NCBI GenBank assembly: GCA_963786105.1
Contig: CAWAXX010000017.1
Coordinates: forward strand, 1-64,000
Direction of reading: 5' to 3'
From: Vulcanimicrobiota bacterium
GTDB taxonomy: Bacteria > Vulcanimicrobiota > Vulcanimicrobiia > Vulcanimicrobiales > Vulcanimicrobiaceae
DNA length: 64,000 nucleotides
Positions 10,623-20,080 of the stretch are shown here, piece by piece. Made by a program: the position numbers and the translations under genes. Within the stretch, counting starts at the first letter, position 1. Each line of letters begins with the position of its first letter. Under the pieces are notes generated by a model. That model searched no databases and was not told where the DNA came from. It saw only the letters and a list, made by a program, of their open reading frames with translations.

Positions 10623-11467
10623 AGTGTGGTAACTCCTAAGTAATAGGCTGCCGTCGCCTCGACGGCCGCTCGTGGGACGCAGCCGACCAGTTCGCTGCGC
10701 GCCAGCTCGATGCCGCGTTTGGCTGCTAAGCCCCGAATTAGCTCGACTACTCGATATAGCGGAGTGGATGCGGCGTCGGTGACGTTGAGAGATACTTGGA
10801 CCCGCCCTTTCAAAGGAAAGGCGAGTGCTCGGAGCCCGCGCAGGCCGCCGTCGCGCTCCCGAACGGCGCGGGCGATGTCTCGTGCGGCCACCAAGTCGTC
10901 GCTTGCTAGTTCAACGTTGAAGGCGATAAGGACGTCACGCGCCCCGATCGCGATGGCGCCCGCACTTTCGTGTTTGGCGACGTCGCCTTCATCCGGAGCC
11001 CAGCCGGGATCGGCAAAGCGATCCTCGAGACCTTCGAATCCGCCTCGTCTGACCGCTGGTAGCGCACGCCGCGTTGCGTTTCGGGCGGCCGCGCCGTAGT
11101 AGAACGACGGTACGCGATGCTGCTGCCAGATTGCCGCGCCTGCCCGATGCGCCAGCGCGGCAGCTTCCTCTAAACTCGCGCCCGCGAGCGGCACGAAGGG
11201 CAAGACGTCGAGCGCGCCGATCCGCGGATGAAGACCGCGGTGCCGGCGCAAGTCGATGCGTTCGACCGCCAGGCCCGCCAGCGCGATCCCGGCCGCGACC
11301 ACCTCATCTCCACCACCGGCGACGGTAAGTACGCTGCGGTGGTGGTCGGCGTCGCTCGTGCTATGCAGGACGCGCGCGCCGGTCGGCACGACGGCCGCCG
11401 TGGCGGCGTCGAGGAAGGAGGGGTCGCGGCCTTCCGAGAGATTCGGAACGATTTCGAAGAGAGACAT
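10619..11467 (-). CDS. ftcD: Glutamate formiminotransferase
   Basis: EIVPNLSEGRD, DADHHRSVLT, HPRIGALDVLPFVPL, VQVSLNV. Alternative start at 11488. Confidence 0.9.
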   Translation of the reverse strand: MSLFEIVPNLSEGRDPSFLDAATAAVVPTGARVLHSTSDADHHRSVLTVAGGGDEVVAAGIALAGLAVERIDLRRHRGLHPRIGALDVLPFVPLAGASLEEAAALAHRAGAAIWQQHRVPSFYYGAAARNATRRALPAVRRGGFEGLEDRFADPGWAPDEGDVAKHESAGAIAIGARDVLIAFNVELASDDLVAARDIARAVRERDGGLRGLRALAFPLKGRVQVSLNVTDAASTPLYRVVELIRGLAAKRGIELARSELVGCVPRAAVEATAAYYLGVTTL

Positions 11468-11501
11468 CGGTGTGACGGTTCTGTTCATCGCCGCGCGGAC
11501 G

Positions 11502-12815
11502 CTAGCCGATCACCTTGCGGATCGCCGCAGCGATGTCGGCGACGTTCTTCGGCCAGACGACGTCGGTGTAGCCGAGTTTGCGGGCTTCGGCGCAGCGGCG
11601 GTCGGCGGCGTGCACCGCGCGAACTTCACCCGAGAGACCCAGTTCGCCGAAGACGGCAACGTCCGGCGCGAGCGCCACGTTCCGGAACGACGACGCGATC
11701 GCGAGCGCGATCCCCAAGTCGGCGGCGGGCTCGTTGACGCGCAGCCCGCCGGCGACCGACGCGTAAACGTCGTGTGTCCCGAGGTGCAGGCCCGCGCGGC
11801 GCTCCAGCACCGCCAAAATCATGGCCAAGCGCTGCTGGTCCAAGTTGTTTGCCAGCCGGCGGGGCGTGCCATATGCGGCTTCACCGACGAGCGCCTGAAC
11901 CTCGATAAGCACCGGGCGCGAGCCGACGATCGAGGCGACCACGCACGAACCGCTCGGGCGCTGCGCACGCTCGCCCAAAAAAAGCTCCGACGGGTTGGAG
12001 ACTTCGCTCAAGCCGTCGTCGCGCATCGCGAAGACGCAAATCTCGTCGATGGAACCGAACCGGTTCTTATATGCGCGCAGTATGCGGTATTCGCCGTTGG
12101 CGTCACCTTCGAAGTACAGCACTGTGTCGACCAAGTGCTCGAGCAACCGGGGGCCGGCAATCGCGCCGTCCTTGGTGACGTGCCCTACGATGAACGTCGC
12201 GCAGCCGCGGCGCTTGGAGTATTCCACCAGCGCCTGCGTGCAGTCGCGAATCTGTGCGACGCTGCCGGCATACGTTTCGGATTCGGGCAACCATACCGTT
12301 TGAATCGAATCGACAACCAGCGCGAGCGGATTGCGGCCTTCGAGGCGGTCGAGCACCGCGCGCAGGTTGGTTTCGGGAAAGACGACCAACGGCGCGTCGA
12401 TCGCCAGCCGCTGCGCGCGCAACTTCACTTGCGCTGCCGACTCCTCGCCGCAGACGTACACGACCTCGCCCGATCGCGTCAGCTGCGCGGCGATTTGCAG
12501 CACCAGCGTCGACTTTCCGGCACCCGGAGGCCCGCCTATGAGTGTGAGGCTGCCGGGAACGATTCCGCCGCCGAGCACCGCGTCGAACTCCGGCATGCCG
12601 ACGCGCAGGCGCAGGAGCCGCTCGCCGTCGACGTCACGCAGCGACACGGGTTCGACGGTCGCCGGACTCGAGATGCGCGCCCGGCGCGAGCTCGCGACCG
12701 CAAAGGGTTGCTGATCGAAGGAGTTCCACGCGTCGCAGCTCGGGCAGCGTCCGAGCCAGCGGGGCGATTCAAAACCGCAGGCCGAACAAAAATATACCGA
12801 ACGCGTCTTAGCCAC
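11502..12815 (-). CDS. radA: DNA repair protein RadA/Sms
   Basis: C4 zinc finger CSACG...RCPSC, GPPGAGKSTL, VVDSIQT, KNRFG, GELGLSGEVR. GTG at 12815. Confidence 0.96.
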   Translation of the reverse strand: MAKTRSVYFCSACGFESPRWLGRCPSCDAWNSFDQQPFAVASSRRARISSPATVEPVSLRDVDGERLLRLRVGMPEFDAVLGGGIVPGSLTLIGGPPGAGKSTLVLQIAAQLTRSGEVVYVCGEESAAQVKLRAQRLAIDAPLVVFPETNLRAVLDRLEGRNPLALVVDSIQTVWLPESETYAGSVAQIRDCTQALVEYSKRRGCATFIVGHVTKDGAIAGPRLLEHLVDTVLYFEGDANGEYRILRAYKNRFGSIDEICVFAMRDDGLSEVSNPSELFLGERAQRPSGSCVVASIVGSRPVLIEVQALVGEAAYGTPRRLANNLDQQRLAMILAVLERRAGLHLGTHDVYASVAGGLRVNEPAADLGIALAIASSFRNVALAPDVAVFGELGLSGEVRAVHAADRRCAEARKLGYTDVVWPKNVADIAAAIRKVIG

Positions 12816-12866
12816 CAAGTTTGCCTTCTGCGGGGGTATGGCTTTGCCTGGGGGAATGCGGCGCCG

Positions 12867-13568
12867 GTGACGTTCACGCCGCTCCTGCAAATTGCGATCG
12901 ACGGGCCGGCTGCCTCCGGGAAAACGACGGTTGCGCGGCTGGTTGCCCGGCGTTTGCGCGTGCTCTATCTCGACACCGGTGCGATGTACCGCGCGCTTGC
13001 CTATCTCGCTCTGCAAACGCGCACCGATGCCGATAATGGTGCGGCGCTGGCGCGCTTGGCGGCGACGCAGCCGATTGCGGTCGATATCGACGAATCGGCG
13101 CCTCTCGGATTTCGGATCGCGGCGGCCGGCCGAGAGCTCACCGAGGCGATGTTGCAAGGCAACGACGTCACCGCGATCGTTTCCACCGTTGCGGCTCACG
13201 CGGAAGTGCGCTCGGCCATGGTCGCGGCCCAGCGGCGCATCGCACTAAGCGGCCCGGTCGTGATGGCCGGACGCGATATCGGGACCGTCGTATTGCCGAA
13301 CGCCGCCGTAAAGATTTACTTGACCGCTTCGGCGGCAGCGCGGGTCGATCGTCGTCGCGCGCAGCTCGAACGGGCGGGGTTAAACGTCGACGTGCACGAT
13401 CTGCGCCAGGAGATCGAGGAACGCGACCGTCTCGACCGCACGCGCGCGGTCTCGCCGCTCGAGCCGGCCTCCGACGCGCACGTCATCGATTCCAGCGATC
13501 TTTCCGTGCAACGCGTAGTGGACGAGATTTGCGCGATCGTCGTGCGAGTGGAGGCCGGCACCCAGTGA
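12867..13568 (+). CDS. cmk: Cytidylate kinase
   Basis: IAIDGPAASGKTT, LDTGAMYRA, GRDIGTVVLP, ERDRLDRTR. Confidence 0.95.
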   Translation: MTFTPLLQIAIDGPAASGKTTVARLVARRLRVLYLDTGAMYRALAYLALQTRTDADNGAALARLAATQPIAVDIDESAPLGFRIAAAGRELTEAMLQGNDVTAIVSTVAAHAEVRSAMVAAQRRIALSGPVVMAGRDIGTVVLPNAAVKIYLTASAAARVDRRRAQLERAGLNVDVHDLRQEIEERDRLDRTRAVSPLEPASDAHVIDSSDLSVQRVVDEICAIVVRVEAGTQ

Positions 13569-14164
13569 ATCCCCGGCTCTACGACTTTGCGGCCTCGCTG
13601 TTGAGGGTGATCTTCGTCACCGCGTTTCGCGCACGCGCCTATGGAACCGAAAACGTGCCGCGCGAGGGCCCGCTGATCGTCGCCTGCAACCACATTTCCT
13701 ACCTCGATCCCCCAGCGTTGTGCTTCTGCCCCCGCCGCATCAGCTTCATGGCGAAGAAGGAGCTTTTCGAAATCCCGGTGCTCGGGCCGGCCATTCGAGG
13801 CGTGGGCGCGTATCCGGTGGACCGTCACGGCAGCGCCAAGGCCGCGATCAAACGTTCGCTCGCCGTGCTTCAAAGCGGCGGCGTCGTGGGTATCTTCCCC
13901 GAGGGAACCAGAAACCTGAAGGGAGACATCGTGCCGCAAACGGGCGTCGCGCTGCTGGCCTCGATGTCCGGGGCGCCGGTGCTCCCGGCATGCGTGGTGG
14001 GGGGCGATCGTGCGTCGAAGTTGGGTCAGATGAAAGTCGCATTCGGCAAACCGCTGGTGCTCGCCACCGGGGGGAAAGCAACGCGCGACGATTTGGCGAA
14101 GTTTACGCAAGAAATCATGAGCGCGATCCAAGCGCTCGCTGGGAGTATCGGTGGAAATTCGTAA
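13565..14164 (+). CDS. plsC: 1-acyl-sn-glycerol-3-phosphate acyltransferase (PlsC family)
   Basis: NHISYLD, FMAKKELF, FPEGTR. GTGA overlap with cmk. Confidence 0.9.
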   Translation: MNPRLYDFAASLLRVIFVTAFRARAYGTENVPREGPLIVACNHISYLDPPALCFCPRRISFMAKKELFEIPVLGPAIRGVGAYPVDRHGSAKAAIKRSLAVLQSGGVVGIFPEGTRNLKGDIVPQTGVALLASMSGAPVLPACVVGGDRASKLGQMKVAFGKPLVLATGGKATRDDLAKFTQEIMSAIQALAGSIGGNS

Positions 14165-14993
14165 GGCGTCGGTCCAGGGCTTCTGCTTCGGCGTTGCCAT
14201 CACCGTAAAGAAGGCCGAAGAAGCGATCGCGTCGCGCGGGGAAGTAACGACGCTGGGACACGTCGTCCACAATCCTCAAATGGTCGAGTCTTTGGCGGCG
14301 CGCGGTCTGCGCAACGCCCAGTCGGTCGAAGAGGTCGACGCGGGCGCGCTCTTCGTGCGCGCGCACGGGCTTCCGGTGGAAGTCTTCGAGGAAGCTAAGG
14401 GCAAGGGGCTCGAGATCATCGACGCCACGTGTCCGATGGTGACGAAGATCCACGTTCAAGCCGAGAAGCTCAAGGCCGACGGCTATAAGATTATCGTGAT
14501 CGGCGATCCCGCGCATCCGGAAGTGAAGGGGACGCTGAGCCACGTTCCGGGCGCGTGGTGCATTCAAAGAGTCGAAGACGTCGAAACGCTTCCGCGTTCC
14601 AGCCGGGTCGGCGTGGTCGTGCAATCGACGTGGTCGGGCCAAGGCTTCACCGACGTCGTGCGGGCGCTCGCCGCGAAATATTACGAGGTGCGCGCAGTGA
14701 ACACGATTTGCACCGACACCCACAACCGGCAGGACGAAGCGCTGCGCCTCGCGCGCGATGTCGAAGTTATGGTCGTCGTCGGCGGAAAAACGTCGGCGAA
14801 CACCAAGCACCTGGCAGAGCTCTCCGAATCACACGGTGCGCACGCGTATCACATCGAGAGCGCCGCCGAGCTGCAGCCGCAGTGGTTCGAAGGCGTTAAG
14901 GTCGCCGGACTGATGTCGGGCGCGTCGACGCCCGGCTGGCTGGTCGACGAAGTCGAGACGCGGATGGAGGAGCTTAGCCGTCAACCTGCTTGA
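14151..14993 (+). CDS. ispH: 4-hydroxy-3-methylbut-2-enyl diphosphate reductase
   Basis: GFCFGV, VHNP, RAHG, DATCPMV, HPEVKG, NTICTDT, SANTKHL, GASTP. Confidence 0.96.
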   Translation: MEIRKASVQGFCFGVAITVKKAEEAIASRGEVTTLGHVVHNPQMVESLAARGLRNAQSVEEVDAGALFVRAHGLPVEVFEEAKGKGLEIIDATCPMVTKIHVQAEKLKADGYKIIVIGDPAHPEVKGTLSHVPGAWCIQRVEDVETLPRSSRVGVVVQSTWSGQGFTDVVRALAAKYYEVRAVNTICTDTHNRQDEALRLARDVEVMVVVGGKTSANTKHLAELSESHGAHAYHIESAAELQPQWFEGVKVAGLMSGASTPGWLVDEVETRMEELSRQPA

Positions 14994-15975
14994 GCGCTTC
15001 GAAGGCGCCCTCGAGGAACGGATTATCAGCTATCGGGGATCGCGCGAGATCTCCGATATGCTTTTGCGCCATTTTGGTTACGGAAGATATGGGCCGGCTC
15101 GGCGCGGCAAGCGTTTGCGGCCACACATGGTCATGCGCGTGGCCGCCGGCGAAGGCGCTCCGCCGGAGAACGCGCTGGACGCAGCGGTCGCCGTCGAGAT
15201 TTTTCACAACTACTCGCTGGTCCACGACGACATCGAAGACCGCGATGAGTTGCGACACGGGCGGCGCACGCTGTGGAGCGCGTACGGGGTCGGTCAAGCC
15301 ATCAACGCGGGGGACGCGATGTGCGCGCTGAGCTTTTTGAGCTTGGAACGTGCGGCCGAACGCTTGGACGCGCGCCGCGTGCTGCAGATGATCGCGTTGC
15401 TGCACGAAGCGCACGCCGTCATGTGTGAAGGGCAGTCGCTCGATCTCCACTTCGAAAGCGAGGCGATCGTGGATCTCGACGGATACCATCGCATGATCGC
15501 TTGCAAGACCGCGCAACTTTTCGACGCGTCGTGCCGTTTGGGCGCGCACGCGGCCGGATGCAGCGAAGAGGCGATCGCGGGATATGGCGACGTTGGCCGC
15601 GCGTACGGGATGGCGTTTCAAATTCGCGACGACGTGTCGGGCATTTGGTCCTCGCTAGACGAAACCGGCAAGATTACCGGCATCGACGTTGCCCGGCGCA
15701 AATGGACGTTTCCGGTGGTTTGGGCGATCGCGCAGCCGCGGTCGCCGGCCCGCAACGCCGTCGCGAACGCGTACGCGCTGGCGCGTCCGCTCGACGTCCT
15801 CGAGGTTGACCGGGTGATCGCCGCGCTCGACGAGCTCGGCGCGCGAGAAGCCGCCCGCAGAGCGGCCGCGGAACACGTTGCGGTCATCGAGCACCATGGC
15901 AATGGCGAGTTTCGCGATTTCTTGCTGCGTACGCTCGATCTTACGGCTCGATCCCCGGAGGTGCAATCCGCGTGA
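14986..15975 (+). CDS. Polyprenyl diphosphate synthase (IdsA/GGPPS-like); start uncertain (CTG 14986 or ATG 15058)
   Basis: GKRLRP, SLVHDDIEDRDELRHGRRT, GQSLD, KTAQLF, AFQIRDDV. Confidence 0.88.
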   Translation: MLERFEGALEERIISYRGSREISDMLLRHFGYGRYGPARRGKRLRPHMVMRVAAGEGAPPENALDAAVAVEIFHNYSLVHDDIEDRDELRHGRRTLWSAYGVGQAINAGDAMCALSFLSLERAAERLDARRVLQMIALLHEAHAVMCEGQSLDLHFESEAIVDLDGYHRMIACKTAQLFDASCRLGAHAAGCSEEAIAGYGDVGRAYGMAFQIRDDVSGIWSSLDETGKITGIDVARRKWTFPVVWAIAQPRSPARNAVANAYALARPLDVLEVDRVIAALDELGAREAARRAAAEHVAVIEHHGNGEFRDFLLRTLDLTARSPEVQSA

Positions 15976-18900
15976 ACGCCGTCGGGAACGCGCGTACGTC
16001 GAAAGATACTTCGCTCGCATGGGCGCTGCCCGCCCTCGTTTTTGTCGGCCTGGTCGTGCGGCTATTCTTCATCGGCAACGAAGGTTTCAAGACCGACGTG
16101 CAAACGTTCGAGTCGTGGGCGATCTCGTTGGCCGAGCACGGCTACGCGAAGTTCTACACATCTGCCGGCTTTGCCGACTATCCGCCCGGCTATTTTTACA
16201 TTCTCGGCATCGTCGGCTGGATTTGGGAGGCGCTGTTCAAGAGCACCGACGGCGGTCATTACACCGTGCTCAAAGCGCTCGTCAAGCTCCCCGCGATTTT
16301 CGCCGACCTGGGAATCGGCGTTCTCGCGTACGCGGTCGTGCGGCGTTTCGCCGGCGCCGGCATGGCGCTCGGCGCGGCCGCGCTCTACCTGCTCAATCCC
16401 GCGGTGATCTACAATTCTGCGGCGTGGGGGCAAGTCGATGCGATCGCCGGAGGTCTGGCACTCTTCGCTATTTATTGCCTGCTGCGTTCGGAGGACGACG
16501 CACCCGATCGGCCGAGCTGGTGGATCGTCGCGGGTTGGCTGCTCATCGCCTATTCGTTACTCATCAAACCACAAGCGGCGGTGTTGTTGCCCCTGATGCT
16601 GGCGTTTGCGTTCGTCGATCCCCAGCGCCGCCGCGCCCGTCTCGTTTCGACTGCGATCGGTATCGCTGCGGCCGTGCTGCTCGCGCTGGTCATCGTCGAA
16701 CCCTTTCACCCCAGCAACCCGGCGGAGGCGTTCGCGTGGCTTTACGGCCGGTACAGCTACGGCTCGAGCGTCTATGCGTTCAACAGCGTGAACGCGTTCA
16801 ATCTCTGGGCGATTCGCGGCTCGTTTTGGCAGCCGGATACGACGCCGATCAACGCCTTCGGAACGCTCTCGCTGGGCCCACAGTACCTGTGGGGGATCCT
16901 GCTCGTATTGGCGGCAGTCGCCTTGGTCGTTTGGCGCTACGTTCAGGATCGCACGCCGCGCGCGCTGCTGGAAGGCTGCGCCGTCGCGACGATCGCGTTC
17001 TTCGTATTGGCCACCCGCATGCACGAGCGGTACCTGTTTAACGGGCTGCTGTTTACGATCGTCTGCCTGCCGTTCGCCCGCCGCTACTTGTGGGGTGCGC
17101 TGGCGCTGACCGTGGTACTGTTCGCGAATTTGCAATACTCGCTGCAGTATCTCAACGTCATGGAGAATCACGTCCCCGGCGTCAACGCGCAAAATCTCTG
17201 GGGACCGGCCACATCGGTCTTCGCCCTGATCGCGGTCGGCACGTTTTTTTGGCTCGGGTATCAGTTCCTCGGCGGAGAGACGACCGAGGCCGTCGTCGAG
17301 CCGGCGGCGCCGGGCCGGCCCGGGAAAACCGGCGCGCTCTCGCAATCGGCGGTCGCCGCGTGGAGCGGCACGCGACACTGGTTCGATCCTCGCGAAGGCC
17401 TGTCGGCCATGCGCGTCCCGCTCGACTATGCGATTGCGGCGGCATTCGGCGCGTTCAACTTCGTGCTGTCGTTCGTCGGCTATTGGTGGCCGCCCGATAA
17501 AGTCTTCGACGAAATCTACTTCGCGCGCGCCGGCGAAGAGTATTTACAAAATCTACGCATTTACGAAAACACGCATCCTCCGCTGACCAAGTTGCTGGTC
17601 ACCCTGTCGATGATGCTCTTCGGGGGCATGCCGCACGGCCACGGCTTGGGCGGGTGGACGGGCTTGAACGGCATCATCGGTCACTTGGCGAACGGCGATA
17701 ACGCGTACGGCTGGCGTTTTCTCGACGTGGTGTTCGGGGCGCTGGCCGTCATGCTGCTTTACGTTTTTGCCAAGCGCGTCACCGGTTCGACGGTATTTGC
17801 GGCCATCGCCGCGCTGCTGCTAACGGCCGACGGTATGCACTTCGTGCAGTCGCGCATCGCCACGCCGGAAGGCTTCGTGATCTTCTTCGCAACCCTGGCG
17901 ACGTATGCGTTCTACCGTTTTTGGATCAGCGCCCAGGTTGGAGACCGGCCGCACGTCGACGTTCCCGAGTGGGGATTTGCCGCCGCCGCGGCGGCGTCGC
18001 TAGTGGCCGGCCTCGTTATCGCACTCGTCGGGCGCGCCGTATGGAAGTTCGACTTTGCAGCGACGACGATCGTGACGCTGTACGTCGGCTGCGGCGTCTA
18101 CCTGCTGGTTCGCTACGTCGTATTTCCACGAATATTCGGCGACGGCCATCGAGAGCTGAGCTTCGGCGAAGGGTCGTTTGCGTTGCAGCGGGACGGCGAA
18201 GCAATGGTGTATGCCGCTGACGGCGGCACCATCGATTCGCGCGGAAAGGTCGTGCGCGGGGCGCTTTCGCAAAGCCGCAGCGGCAAGCTGGTGTACGACG
18301 ACGCGCCGCTAACCATTGAATATCGCCGCGATGCTAGCGTGGAGTATCAAACACCGTCGGGCAATGCGACGTATGCGCAGGACGAAGTGCGGGCGGGCAA
18401 TGGCGTCGCGCAGGGCAAGTCTTCAAAGCTGTGGCTGATCGTCTTCACCGTTGCGCTCGGATGCCTGGTGAGCAGCAAGTGGTACGGCGTAATGGGCTTC
18501 GGCGTGAGCTTCGCGGTGCTGATCGGCGTCTTTTTGCAGCGCTATCTCATGAAGCAGCGACCGGCGCTCTGGGGGAATCCGCGAGGTTTTCGCATCGACG
18601 GCGCGCTCGTCGCAATCCTATTCGTGAGCGCCACCGTCTACGCGCTCGCCTGGGGACCGGATCTCCTGCGGCATTCCGATGATCCCAACGAAGTACACAA
18701 TCTCAACGACGTCGTGTTGCGGCAGCAAACGATGTTCGACTATCACGACACGCTCAAAGCGACCCATCCGTACTCTTCGAAGTGGTGGGAGTGGCCGCTC
18801 GACTTAGTCCCCGTCGCGTATTTCTATCAGGACCATCGCGCCAATCCGAGCGACCCGAAAGGCTGCTGTATCTACGAGATCACCTCGATGCCCAATCCTG

Positions 18901-19295
18901 CGATCCTCTGGTTCGGTCTGTTGTGCGTACCGCTGGTCGGAGTGCTGGCATGGCGCGAGCGCAACAAAGGCTACGCCCTAATCGTCCTTACGTACCTCTT
19001 GCAGTGGCTGCCGTGGATGCGATCTCCGCGGATCACCTTTGCCTACCATTTCTACGTGGATATTCCGCTCATTTGTCTCTGCAACGTGATCGTCTTGCAA
19101 CGCCTGTGGGAGTGGGGCAAACGCCACGTAGAGGGGCACGGTATGTGGGTCGGCGGCCTCGCGGTCGGCGCGTACGTCGCGGTTGCAGTGGGGACGTTCG
19201 TCTACTTCTATCCGATCCTCGCCGCACACCCTATTGCATGGGACGCCTGGCACCAGCGAATGTGGATCGGCTATTGGGTCATCGGGCCGGGATAG
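15972..19295 (+). CDS. Fused membrane glycosyltransferase: GT-C mannosyltransferase-like module plus PMT/GT39 protein O-mannosyltransferase module
   Basis: N-half: DYPPGY, KLPAIFADL, LNPAVIYNSAAWGQVD, IKPQ, RMHERY. C-half: VFDEIYF, THPPLTKLL, SRIATPE, HPYSSKWWEWPL. Many TM segments. Confidence 0.85.
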   Translation: MNAVGNARTSKDTSLAWALPALVFVGLVVRLFFIGNEGFKTDVQTFESWAISLAEHGYAKFYTSAGFADYPPGYFYILGIVGWIWEALFKSTDGGHYTVLKALVKLPAIFADLGIGVLAYAVVRRFAGAGMALGAAALYLLNPAVIYNSAAWGQVDAIAGGLALFAIYCLLRSEDDAPDRPSWWIVAGWLLIAYSLLIKPQAAVLLPLMLAFAFVDPQRRRARLVSTAIGIAAAVLLALVIVEPFHPSNPAEAFAWLYGRYSYGSSVYAFNSVNAFNLWAIRGSFWQPDTTPINAFGTLSLGPQYLWGILLVLAAVALVVWRYVQDRTPRALLEGCAVATIAFFVLATRMHERYLFNGLLFTIVCLPFARRYLWGALALTVVLFANLQYSLQYLNVMENHVPGVNAQNLWGPATSVFALIAVGTFFWLGYQFLGGETTEAVVEPAAPGRPGKTGALSQSAVAAWSGTRHWFDPREGLSAMRVPLDYAIAAAFGAFNFVLSFVGYWWPPDKVFDEIYFARAGEEYLQNLRIYENTHPPLTKLLVTLSMMLFGGMPHGHGLGGWTGLNGIIGHLANGDNAYGWRFLDVVFGALAVMLLYVFAKRVTGSTVFAAIAALLLTADGMHFVQSRIATPEGFVIFFATLATYAFYRFWISAQVGDRPHVDVPEWGFAAAAAASLVAGLVIALVGRAVWKFDFAATTIVTLYVGCGVYLLVRYVVFPRIFGDGHRELSFGEGSFALQRDGEAMVYAADGGTIDSRGKVVRGALSQSRSGKLVYDDAPLTIEYRRDASVEYQTPSGNATYAQDEVRAGNGVAQGKSSKLWLIVFTVALGCLVSSKWYGVMGFGVSFAVLIGVFLQRYLMKQRPALWGNPRGFRIDGALVAILFVSATVYALAWGPDLLRHSDDPNEVHNLNDVVLRQQTMFDYHDTLKATHPYSSKWWEWPLDLVPVAYFYQDHRANPSDPKGCCIYEITSMPNPAILWFGLLCVPLVGVLAWRERNKGYALIVLTYLLQWLPWMRSPRITFAYHFYVDIPLICLCNVIVLQRLWEWGKRHVEGHGMWVGGLAVGAYVAVAVGTFVYFYPILAAHPIAWDAWHQRMWIGYWVIGPG

Positions 19296-19333
19296 CACCG
19301 CCTTCTATCGAAGGCTGATTCGAGGATTCATCG

Positions 19334-20080
19334 ATGTCCGGACATTCGAAGTGGCATAACATCAAGCTGAAGAAGGGGAAAGTCGACGCGCAGCGCGGCG
19401 CGCTCTTCACCAAACTCAGCAAGGAGATCATTCTGGCCGCCAAGGGCGGCTCGCCGGATCCCGAGGCGAACTACCGCTTGAAAATGGCGGTCGAAAAGGC
19501 GCGCGAGTTCAACATGCCGCAGGATAACATCAAGCGTGCCATCGCACGCGGCGCGGGCCAGACCGGTGAACGCGAAATCGAAGAGATTCGCTACGAGGGC
19601 TACGGTCCGCACGGCGTCGCCGTCGTGGTCGATGCCGCTACCGACAATCGCAATCGCACGGCCGGGGAGCTCCGCTTTCTCTTCGTCAAACACGGCGGCA
19701 CGCTCGGAGAGACGGGCAGCGTCGGTTGGATGTTCGACGCGGTCGGCGTGGTCGAAGCCGGCCCGGCTGGAAAATCTGAAGACCGTTTCACCGAAGATGC
19801 TTTGGTAGACGGCGTTGAGGACGTCGAGTTCGACGCCGACGTCGCGTCGATTTACACCAGCCCGGCGAAGCTCGCGAGCGCGCGCGACGCGCTGCAAGGT
19901 CGCGGATTGAAGATCTCCGACGTTTACCTCGGCATGCGCGCGAAAACGCGAGTCGAGCTGGAGGGGAGCGAACTCGCCGCGGCTCTCAACTTTCTGGAAG
20001 CCTTAGACGAGCACGAAGACGTGCAGCGCGTCTTCAGCAACCTCGACGTCGGCAACGTGTCGCTGGAGGCGCTTGCCTGA
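19334..20080 (+). CDS. yebC: YebC/PmpR family protein
   Basis: MSGHSKWHNIK, YEGYGPHGVA, TDNRNRT, DEHEDVQRVFSN. Confidence 0.95.
   Translation: MSGHSKWHNIKLKKGKVDAQRGALFTKLSKEIILAAKGGSPDPEANYRLKMAVEKAREFNMPQDNIKRAIARGAGQTGEREIEEIRYEGYGPHGVAVVVDAATDNRNRTAGELRFLFVKHGGTLGETGSVGWMFDAVGVVEAGPAGKSEDRFTEDALVDGVEDVEFDADVASIYTSPAKLASARDALQGRGLKISDVYLGMRAKTRVELEGSELAAALNFLEALDEHEDVQRVFSNLDVGNVSLEALA

Noticed and set aside
11256..13568. 770-aa ORF as a large Cmk fusion
   Set aside because: The first ~537 codons are antisense to ftcD and radA; only 12867-13568 is cmk.
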